Shown: positions 44,137 through 52,001 of the stretch, in pieces
Position numbering within the stretch: the first letter of the stretch is position 1
How the letters are laid out: each line of letters begins with the position of its first letter
Assembly: GCA_964291285.2 (NCBI GenBank)
Contig: OZ219787.1
Location: 608,001-672,000 of the forward strand
Source: Alphaproteobacteria bacterium
Lineage (GTDB): Bacteria > Pseudomonadota > Alphaproteobacteria > Bin95
DNA length: 64,000 nt
Direction: 5' to 3'
Made by a program: the position numbers and the translations under genes
Notes under the pieces: model-generated
The model's database searches: none
Told to the model about the DNA's origin: nothing
What the model saw: only the letters and a program-made list of their open reading frames with translations

Positions 44137-45281
44137 CGGCCACCATGCTCGCGGACTTTGGCGCGGACGTCGTCAAGATCGAGCCGCCGACCGGCGATTC
44201 CTATCGCGGCCTGTCGGCCTTTCCCGGGTTTCCTTCGTCCCATGTGGACTATTCCTGGATGATGGACAACCGCTCGAAGCGCGGTCTTGCGCTGGACTTG
44301 CGACAGGAGGCCGGGCGGGAGGTGCTGCGGGAACTCGCGGCGGCGGCCGACGTGTTCATCACCAACTATCCGCCCCGCGTGCGCGAACAGCTGGAGCTCC
44401 GTTACGAGGACATAGCCCCCCTCAACGAGCGGTTGATCTACGCCTCGCTCTCCGCCTATGGCGAGGCGGGGCCGGAGGCCGGCAAGACCGGTTTCGACTC
44501 CACCGCGCTCTGGGCGCGCACGGGGCTGATGGACCTGGTCCGTCCCGACCCGGAGGGCTCGCCCGCGCGCTCGCTCCCCGGCATGGGCGACCATCCGACG
44601 GGCGTGGCGCTGTTCGCCGCGATCATGACCGCGCTCTACCGCCGCCAGGTTACGGGCAAAGGCGGCAAGGTCCACACCAACCTCATGGCGAACGGCGTGT
44701 GGTGCAACGCCTTCTACGCACAGGCGGCGCTTTGCGGCCTCGACATCCCGACCCGGCCGAAGCGCGAGAACTGGGCGACCGGCGTCGCCAACCATTACCG
44801 CTGCGCCGACGGACGCTGGTTCATTCTGAGCCTGGTAAACGAGGACAAGCAGTGGCCGAACCTGCTGCGCGCGCTCGACCGTCCGGACCTCGGCACGAAC
44901 CCGCGCTTCGCCGAGAAGCCCGCCCGGCACCGCCATGCGCGCGAGCTGATCGCCATTCTGGACGAAGTCTTCATCCGCGAGCCCTGGTCCGTGTGGCGGG
45001 AGCGGCTGGAGGCGGAGGGCCTGGCATTCGGCGTGGTCGGCAGGACCGAGGACATTCCGGAAGACCCTCAGATGAGGGCTGCGGAGATCGTCGTGCCCCA
45101 CGACGACCCGTCGGGCCTCTCCACCCACACGGTCGCGGCGCCGGTCTGGGTCGAAGGCTCGGAGAAGACGGCGCCCGGCCCCGCGCCGGAGACCGGCCAG
45201 CACACGGATGAGATTCTGGCCGAACTCGGCCGCGCGCCGGAGGACATCGCCGCGCTCAGGGCTTCGGGCACCGTGGCCTGA
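44070..45281 (+). CDS. Family III CoA transferase (CaiB/BaiF)
   Basis: LAGLKVLD, LADFGADVVKIEPP.GD, NRSKRGLALDL, PGMGDH, GQHTDEILAELG. Confidence 0.92.
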   Translation: MAEPLLAGLKVLDVASFIAAPVAATMLADFGADVVKIEPPTGDSYRGLSAFPGFPSSHVDYSWMMDNRSKRGLALDLRQEAGREVLRELAAAADVFITNYPPRVREQLELRYEDIAPLNERLIYASLSAYGEAGPEAGKTGFDSTALWARTGLMDLVRPDPEGSPARSLPGMGDHPTGVALFAAIMTALYRRQVTGKGGKVHTNLMANGVWCNAFYAQAALCGLDIPTRPKRENWATGVANHYRCADGRWFILSLVNEDKQWPNLLRALDRPDLGTNPRFAEKPARHRHARELIAILDEVFIREPWSVWRERLEAEGLAFGVVGRTEDIPEDPQMRAAEIVVPHDDPSGLSTHTVAAPVWVEGSEKTAPGPAPETGQHTDEILAELGRAPEDIAALRASGTVA

Positions 45282-45305
45282 CAACGGGGCCGCGGAGGGC
45301 GCCAA

Positions 45306-46922
45306 ATGCTGGCCGACAATGCCGAGTTCGACTTCATCGTGTCCGGCGCGGGCTCGGCCGGCTGCGCCGTGGCAGCGCGCCTCTCCGAGTCCGGGCGCTA
45401 CAGCGTTTTGCTGCTGGAGGCGGGCCCGCGGGACACCGACCCGTGGATCCACATTCCGCTCGGCTTTCCCAAGCTGTTCATCGACGGGCGGGTCAACTGG
45501 AAGTTCGAGACCGAGCCCGTCGAGGCGCTGAACGGCCGCCGGCTTTTCCAGCCGCGCGGGCGCGTTCTCGGCGGCAGCAGCTCGATCAACGGCACGATCT
45601 ACATGCGCGGCCAGCCGCGCGACTATGACGGCTGGCGCCAGCGCGGGCTGGAGGGCTGGGACTGGGACTCGGTGCTGCCCTATTTCGTCAAGGCCGAGGA
45701 CAACGAGCGCGGCGCGGATGCGCTGCACGGCGCGGGCGGTCCGCTACGGGTCTCGGACGTGCCGACCGAATGGGAGCTGCACCGCGCCATGGTGGCCGCA
45801 GCGGTCGAGGCCGGCATCCCCGCCAACCCGGACTTCAACGGGCCGGAGCAGGAGGGGACCGGCTTCTACCAGTTCACCGCCTCGCGCAAGCGGCGCTGGA
45901 GCTCTGCGAAAGCCTATCTCGCGCCGGCCAGGAAGCGGCCCAACCTGCATGTCGAGACCTCGGCCCAGGCGCGTCGGCTGCTGATTGAGGACGGCCGCGC
46001 CGCGGGCATCGAATATCAGACGCCGGCCGGACCGAAGCGAGCGAATGCGAGGCGCGAGATCGTCGTGTCCGGCGGCACGTTCGGCTCTCCCCACCTGCTC
46101 CAGCTTTCAGGCATCGGCCCGGCGGAACATCTCGCTGAGATGGGCATCCGGCCGGTGCAGGACCTGCCCGGCGTCGGCGCTCATCTTCGCGACCACTTCA
46201 ACACCTATATCAGCTTCCGTTGCGCCCGGCCGGTGACCGCGAACGACCTGGCGCTGAGCCTGCCGCGCCGCCTGGTGGCCGGCGCGCGCTATGTGCTCTT
46301 CGGTGACGGCCCGCTCACCAGCACGGGCATCTGCGCCGGCGCCTTCGTGCGCACCGACCCGCGGCTCGACGGCCCCGACCTCCAGATCAACATGCTGAGC
46401 TGGAGTGCGGCCAGTCGCACGCCCGACATGATCGTGCCGCACCCCTTCTCCGCCTTCACGCTCAGTCCCGTGCACCTCTGCCCGGACTGCGACGGCTCGG
46501 TGCGCCTCAAGAGCCCGGACCCGCTTGCCGCGCCGGCGATCCGCTACGAGTTCCTGCGCAGCGAATACGACCGGCAGGCGATCCTCTACGGCATGCGCCT
46601 GTGCCGGAAGATCGCCGGCCAGCCGGCACTCGCGCCCTTCATGGCGGAGGAAGTGCTGCCCGGCCCGGACTGCGAGAGCGACGAGGACCTGCTGGCCGAC
46701 GTGCGGGCCCGCGCCGTCGCCAACTACCACCCCGTCGGCACCTGCCGCATGGGGCCGCAGACAGACTCTGCCACAGATTCAAGGCTGCGCGTCCACGGCG
46801 TCGCCGGCCTGCGCGTCGCCGACGCCTCGATCATGCCCACCATCGTCGCAGGCAACACCAACGCCCCCAGCATCATGATCGGCGAGAAGGCCGCTGCGAT
46901 GGTGCTGGAGGACGCGTGGTAG
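45306..46922 (+). CDS. GMC family FAD oxidoreductase (choline dehydrogenase-like)
   Basis: GAGSAGC, PRGRVLGGSSSING, YHPVGTCRMG, GLRVADASIMP, GNTNAP. Confidence 0.92.
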   Translation: MLADNAEFDFIVSGAGSAGCAVAARLSESGRYSVLLLEAGPRDTDPWIHIPLGFPKLFIDGRVNWKFETEPVEALNGRRLFQPRGRVLGGSSSINGTIYMRGQPRDYDGWRQRGLEGWDWDSVLPYFVKAEDNERGADALHGAGGPLRVSDVPTEWELHRAMVAAAVEAGIPANPDFNGPEQEGTGFYQFTASRKRRWSSAKAYLAPARKRPNLHVETSAQARRLLIEDGRAAGIEYQTPAGPKRANARREIVVSGGTFGSPHLLQLSGIGPAEHLAEMGIRPVQDLPGVGAHLRDHFNTYISFRCARPVTANDLALSLPRRLVAGARYVLFGDGPLTSTGICAGAFVRTDPRLDGPDLQINMLSWSAASRTPDMIVPHPFSAFTLSPVHLCPDCDGSVRLKSPDPLAAPAIRYEFLRSEYDRQAILYGMRLCRKIAGQPALAPFMAEEVLPGPDCESDEDLLADVRARAVANYHPVGTCRMGPQTDSATDSRLRVHGVAGLRVADASIMPTIVAGNTNAPSIMIGEKAAAMVLEDAW

Positions 46923-46937
46923 CGTCCTGACTCGGCC

Positions 46938-48995
46938 CTACACGACAGCGATGTCCAACCAGCCGAGCGGGGTCACGGTCGCGCGGTCCCCGGGGCGGAG
47001 GACGACGGTCGTGAGGTCGCTCTCCACCACTGCGGGCCCTTCCAGCGCCTGCCCGGGCCTGAGCGCGGCGAAGTCGAAGATCGGCGCTTCGAGCCAGCCG
47101 CCCATATGGACCTGCCTGCGCACACGGGGCGCGGCATCCGCGCCCGTGTCGGGCACACGCTCTTCCGGCAGGCCCGGCAGGCGCCCGACCGCGGCGGCGC
47201 GGGCGTTCACCAGCACCACATCGTCCTCGCGCAGCGCATAGGTGAACAGCGCCTCATGGCGGTCGTGGAAGCGCTCCGCGATCCGCTCCAGCAGGTCGTC
47301 CGCCTGCCAGTCGAGGCCGTCCAGCGCGACATCCACCTCGAATATCTGCTCGCCATAGCGCATGTCGGCAGCGCGGCGCACCGCCACCTCGCCGGAATGA
47401 CAGGCGGCAAGGCGCTGGCGGGCGGTGCTCTCCAGCTCATCATAGACGGACCGCACAGCGGCGGCGTCGAGCGCCGCCGCGTCCCCGATATGCGTGCGGG
47501 AGGCCTCGAAGCGCAGGTCGGTCGCGAGCATGCCCCAGGCGGACAGCACGGAGGCGACCCTCGGCACCACGACCCGCGCGATATCCAGCTGGCGCGCGAC
47601 GTCGGTGATGTGGAGGCCGGCGGCCCCGCCGAAGGCAAGCAGCGCGAACCGCCGCGGGTCCACGCCGCGCCTGACGGATACCAGGCGGATACCCTCCGCC
47701 ATATTGGTATGCACCACGCGGTGGACGCCCTCCGCTGCCGTCATGCGCTCTACTCCCAGGTCGGCCGCGAGCGCGTCGAGGGCCGCTTCCGCCGCCCCGG
47801 TATCCAGCTTCTCGCGCCCTCCGAGGAAGTTCGATGGATCGAGGAAGCCCAGCACCAGGCTGGCATCGGTCACGGTCGGCAGCGAGCCGCCGCGGCCGTA
47901 GCAGGCCGGGCCCGGGTCGGCCCCGGCGCTCTCGGGGCCCACATGCAGCACACCGCCCGCATCTACATGTGCGATGGAGCCGCCGCCCGCCCCGATGCTG
48001 GCGATATCGAGCGAGGAGAGCGCGATCCGCTCCCCGGCAATGCCCCGGTCGGACGACAGCGCCGCCTCGCCGCCGGAGATGAGCGAGATGTCGGTGCTGG
48101 TGCCACCCATGTCGAACGGGATGAGGTCGCCCGAGCCGAGCAGCCGGGCCGAGTAGCGCGCGCCCGCAACGCCGCCCGCAGGTCCCGACAGCACCGTCCC
48201 CGCCGCCAGCCGGACCGCCTCTTCCAGCGGCGCAACGCCTCCGTGGCTCAGGATGATGAGCAGCGGCCCGGCATAGCCGTTCTCCTCCAGCCGGGCGGCG
48301 AGACGGCCGAGATAGCCGGAAAGGGCCGGACCGACATAGGCGTTGACCACTGTGGTGGAGACGCGCTCGAACTCCTTGATCTGCGGGAACACGTCCGAGG
48401 ACAGCGACAGATAGGCTTCCGGCATCGCACGGCGCACCGCGTCCGCCGCCGCGCGCTCATGGGCATTGTCCCGCCAGGCATGCAGGAAGCAGATGGCGAC
48501 CGAGTCGACGCCCTGCCCGCGCAGCGCCTCGACCGCCCGGTCCAGCGATGCCGGATCGAGCGGCGCCTCGACGGCCCCGTCGGCGCGCACCCGCTCCGTC
48601 ACGCCGAGCCTGCGGCGGCGAGGCACCAGCGGTTCCGGCGGCGGGATGCGGAGATTGTAGCGGTCCGGCTTCAGGCCCTCCCGCATCTCCAGCACGTCGC
48701 GGTGGCCCTCCGTCGTCAGCAGGCCGACCGTGGCGCCCTTGCGTTCCAAGATGGCGTTGGTCGCAACCGTGGTGCCATGCACGATGCGTTCGGTCCGCGC
48801 CAGCAGGGTTGCTACATCCAGCCCTATCGTCCCGGCCAGGCGCTCCAGCCCGTCCAGCACGCCGGCAGACTGGTCCGCCGGGGTCGAGGGTGCCTTGGCG
48901 ATCCGGGTCTCGCCCCTGCGGTCCACGGCGACGAGGTCCGTGAAAGTGCCGCCTATGTCGATACCAATCCGGTATTCGGTCCCGGATTCACTCAT
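46938..48995 (-). CDS. Hydantoinase A / 5-oxoprolinase family ATP-binding subunit
   Basis: IGIDIGGTFTD, HGTTVATNA, SGPAGGV, DMGGTSTD, GAGGGS, AFGGAAG; start refined to ATG 48995. Confidence 0.92.
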   Translation of the reverse strand: MSESGTEYRIGIDIGGTFTDLVAVDRRGETRIAKAPSTPADQSAGVLDGLERLAGTIGLDVATLLARTERIVHGTTVATNAILERKGATVGLLTTEGHRDVLEMREGLKPDRYNLRIPPPEPLVPRRRRLGVTERVRADGAVEAPLDPASLDRAVEALRGQGVDSVAICFLHAWRDNAHERAAADAVRRAMPEAYLSLSSDVFPQIKEFERVSTTVVNAYVGPALSGYLGRLAARLEENGYAGPLLIILSHGGVAPLEEAVRLAAGTVLSGPAGGVAGARYSARLLGSGDLIPFDMGGTSTDISLISGGEAALSSDRGIAGERIALSSLDIASIGAGGGSIAHVDAGGVLHVGPESAGADPGPACYGRGGSLPTVTDASLVLGFLDPSNFLGGREKLDTGAAEAALDALAADLGVERMTAAEGVHRVVHTNMAEGIRLVSVRRGVDPRRFALLAFGGAAGLHITDVARQLDIARVVVPRVASVLSAWGMLATDLRFEASRTHIGDAAALDAAAVRSVYDELESTARQRLAACHSGEVAVRRAADMRYGEQIFEVDVALDGLDWQADDLLERIAERFHDRHEALFTYALREDDVVLVNARAAAVGRLPGLPEERVPDTGADAAPRVRRQVHMGGWLEAPIFDFAALRPGQALEGPAVVESDLTTVVLRPGDRATVTPLGWLDIAVV

Positions 48996-49086
48996 GTCCG
49001 CATACCCCTCCCGGCCGCCGCCCCGCAGCGGCGGCACTGTAGCAGACTATCGGGCGGGCGCTATCCGGCGGGCGACGGCGCCGGGG

Positions 49087-49293
49087 TCAGGTGGACCATC
49101 GGTACGCGATCGAGACGGCGGCGCCGGCGAGACACGCCCCCACGACACGCCGGTCCCGGAACCCGCGAGGGTGGGTGCGTATATGGATGACGAAGACCAG
49201 GACGCAAAGCAGCGCGATCCAGATCGCGACGGTATCGGCCCCGGCATCGAGGCGGGCCCACCATCCGTCGTGAGGCTGTTGCGGCTCGGACAA
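49087..49293 (-). CDS. Possible small membrane protein (68 aa)
   Basis: GGAGG RBS 10 nt before TTG 49293; MSEPQQPHDGWWARLDAGADTVAIWIALLCVLVFVIHIR...VVGACLAGAAVSIAYRWST has two hydrophobic stretches. Confidence 0.35.
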   Translation of the reverse strand: MSEPQQPHDGWWARLDAGADTVAIWIALLCVLVFVIHIRTHPRGFRDRRVVGACLAGAAVSIAYRWST

Positions 49294-49428
49294 AGCGTCA
49301 ATTCCTCCGGATCGCCGGCTGCGATTTACCCTAGCAGCGTTGGGCCGGGCCCTGGAAACGCAATATGCATCTGCCATCGAAGATTGATTCGGCGTCCGGT
49401 TCCACCGAAACTGGAATGTCGAATAGGG

Positions 49429-50644
49429 CAGGGCAATCGCTTTTGGGCCTGTCATGCGGCGGCCCGGATCAAGTTGAGGAGCAAGTCGTCATTCCAGGCT
49501 GCGCGTTTGAGTTTTCCGCGCATGGCGTCTTTTGTGGGTTCGCGGCGTGCGATGTTGAGGGCGAGGCGTCGGATCAGGGCGAGGTTTTCGGGTCCGTGGT
49601 CCTTGCGGTTTCGCTGTCGGTCCTCGTTCATGGTCACGTCGAGCACCCAGTGCAGGCAGTTTTCGATGGTCCAATGGGCGCGCGCGGCGTGCTGGAAGCG
49701 CTCGGGCGCGAGCGGCGCGCTCATGATGTAGTAGCGGGTTTCGGTTTTGGTGCTCCTTGCGGTTTCGCGCCTGGCCTGGATCTTGCCGATGGCGGCCAGC
49801 CCCGGCCAGTCATGGCGCTCGCGCAGCCATGCAATCTCGTGGCAGACCGAGGCGCGGCGCGTCTCGATGCGCCCGTGATCGCCATCGACATGCTGACATG
49901 ATTGGAGTTTGTCCGCCTGGGCGGGATCGTCCAGATACAGGCGCACATCCTCATACAGGCTGCCCTGATTGCCCTTGAGCGCCAGCACATAGTCCCCGCC
50001 CTTGGCGGTAACGGCCTCGGCCGTCGCCCGCTGGGTATGCATCGCGTCCGCCGTCACGATCCGGCCCTTGAGCGCCAGCATCTCCAGCAGCTTCGGCATC
50101 GCCGCAATCTCGTTGGACTTGTCATCGACCTTCACCTGGCCGAGCATCAGGCGGGTCCCGGCGGCGAAGGCCTGCACCAGATGCACCGGCGAGCGCGCCG
50201 CGGCATCGGCGAAGGAACGCCGCAGCGACTTGCCGTCAACCGCGATCACATCGCCGTCCAGAACCGCCGCCCAGTCCTCCAGAAGCCGCAGCAGCACTTT
50301 CTGCAGGCTGTCGGGATCGAGGGCGTTGAACAGGTCCGAAAACGCATCGTGGCTCGGAATGCCGTGCTTCAACTCCATGAAACGGCGCAGAAACCCTTCC
50401 TTCGCCCGACCGAAACGCTCCATGTCCGCGCATCCCTCCCCACCGCACAAGGTCGAGAGCAGCGCGATCATCAGCATCTCGTGCAGAGAGTGGCGCGTCG
50501 CATTGCTGCGACGCGGATCCGTAACTCCTTCGAATACTGACGAAAACTCCTCCATCTCACACCCCAACTCACCAGATACGGAAACCGGAGTGTGAATCGA
50601 AAACGCAAACTCCTAAAAGCTAATCTTCAAAAGCGATTCCCCTG
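49429..50644 (-). mobile_element. Complete ISAs1-family insertion sequence (1,216 bp)
   Basis: IRs CAGGGCAATCGCTTTTG (49429-49445) and CAAAAGCGATTCCCCTG (50628-50644), 16/17 match; 10-bp TSD TCGAATAGGG at 49419-49428 and 50645-50654. Confidence 0.95.
49452..50555 (-). CDS. ISAs1 family transposase
   Basis: DPRR, IPSHD, IAVDGK, KSNEI, TADAMHTQ, LALKGNQ, HGRIETR, HWTIEN.LHW.LDV..NED. Confidence 0.95.
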   Translation of the reverse strand: MEEFSSVFEGVTDPRRSNATRHSLHEMLMIALLSTLCGGEGCADMERFGRAKEGFLRRFMELKHGIPSHDAFSDLFNALDPDSLQKVLLRLLEDWAAVLDGDVIAVDGKSLRRSFADAAARSPVHLVQAFAAGTRLMLGQVKVDDKSNEIAAMPKLLEMLALKGRIVTADAMHTQRATAEAVTAKGGDYVLALKGNQGSLYEDVRLYLDDPAQADKLQSCQHVDGDHGRIETRRASVCHEIAWLRERHDWPGLAAIGKIQARRETARSTKTETRYYIMSAPLAPERFQHAARAHWTIENCLHWVLDVTMNEDRQRNRKDHGPENLALIRRLALNIARREPTKDAMRGKLKRAAWNDDLLLNLIRAAA

Positions 50645-50767
50645 TCGAATAGGGCCAAGTCCATTGCTGGATATAGCGAAGTCGATTATTGGAATAAGGA
50701 ATTGTGTTTCCTGCGGAAATCACCTGGATTTCAGGAGGCGATTCAGCCGGACACGAGGGTAGCGGAG

Positions 50768-51922
50768 ATGTTGAACGCGCCGTCTGCCTATATTGAAGGC
50801 CACGAGAAAGCCCAGCGTTACGACAGCACGCTGGCCGACAGGTATATCCGGCACACCACGATCGGCGACCCGGAGCTCGATCCGGTGATGGAGGAGGTCT
50901 ATTCGCTGCATCCCGCAGAACTTCACAGGTTCATCGGAGCGGGGATCGAGCAGCGGGAAGCGGAAATGCGGGCCGCGCCGGAGCCGCTGCGCCGTTTCTT
51001 CGAGGATTTCCGGGAGCCGGAATGGCTGGACTACAGCGCCTTTCAGCCGGGAGTGCGCGCCTTTCACGCCAATGCGGACCTTATGCTGGTCGCATTCGTC
51101 GCCGGCGTGCTCGTGGAAGGCTTTTCGACCCTCATAGCCAAATCGTTCAGCATTACCGGCCGCGTCGCGGCCACCAAAAGGCGCCTCCAGCAGAACAACC
51201 GCCAATTGCTCGAAATCTTCTTCCCCGGCGGCCTGCAGCGCGACGGGGACGGGTGGAAGCTCTCGACCCGGGTACGCTTCGTGCACGCCCGGATCAGGAG
51301 CCTGCTGGCGAGGCACGAGGAATGGAACGGCGACGCCTGGGGCACGCCGCTGAGCGCAGCTCATCTCGGTTTCGCCATTTCGGTCTTTTCCAAGCGGCTG
51401 CTGGATTACGCGCAACAGGTTGGCGCGTCCTTCACGGAAGAGGAAAAGGCGAGCATCCTCGACGTCTGGCGCTATTCCGGCTACCTGATGGGCATTCCCG
51501 AATCGATCCTTTACGAGGACGGCGCGGAGGCGGACAGGATTTACCGCATTGCAAACCTGTGCGAGCCGCCGCCCGATTCGGATTCGGCGGCGATGGCGAA
51601 CGCATTGATCGGCGCCATTCCCGGCATCGTGGACATCCGGGACGATGAGGAACGAAAACAGGTCATCGCCCTTGCTGACAAACTGTCCCGCGCGCTCATA
51701 GGGAACGAACTGGCCGGGCATTTCCAGTATCCCGCGACCCGGACCTTCGGAACCCTGTTCGGTTTCCGGCTGAAACAACGTCTCCAGCGCTGGCTGAAGA
51801 GCGGGCTGGTGGTCCGGGCGGACAATTTCAGCCAGCTTCTCCAGATTTCCGTATATGAAGAGAGTGGCCTGACCTACAATTTGCCGGACCACGTCAAACA
51901 CGAGAAGTCCCAACCATGGTAG
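50768..51922 (+). CDS. MpaB / DUF2236 / Lcp-like heme-b oxygenase family protein
   Basis: IGDPELD, RRLQQN, RVRFVHARIR (RxRxxHxxxR heme-His motif), WG.PLS, WRYSGYLMGIPE; GGAG just before ATG 50768. Confidence 0.75.
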   Translation: MLNAPSAYIEGHEKAQRYDSTLADRYIRHTTIGDPELDPVMEEVYSLHPAELHRFIGAGIEQREAEMRAAPEPLRRFFEDFREPEWLDYSAFQPGVRAFHANADLMLVAFVAGVLVEGFSTLIAKSFSITGRVAATKRRLQQNNRQLLEIFFPGGLQRDGDGWKLSTRVRFVHARIRSLLARHEEWNGDAWGTPLSAAHLGFAISVFSKRLLDYAQQVGASFTEEEKASILDVWRYSGYLMGIPESILYEDGAEADRIYRIANLCEPPPDSDSAAMANALIGAIPGIVDIRDDEERKQVIALADKLSRALIGNELAGHFQYPATRTFGTLFGFRLKQRLQRWLKSGLVVRADNFSQLLQISVYEESGLTYNLPDHVKHEKSQPW

Positions 51923-52001
51923 GCGGCGCAGGCTTCCTTCGGACCGCTCCGCTCGCAGCGGCCGGAACCGGAAAGGCAATGACGGTTGCCCGTTTCGGGC
52001 G

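Noticed and set aside
49417-50655. Apparent 13-bp direct repeat TGTCGAATAGGGC around ISAs1
   Set aside because: The CAGGG...CCCTG termini define the element; the extra matches are coincidental overlap with IS ends, leaving a 10-bp TSD
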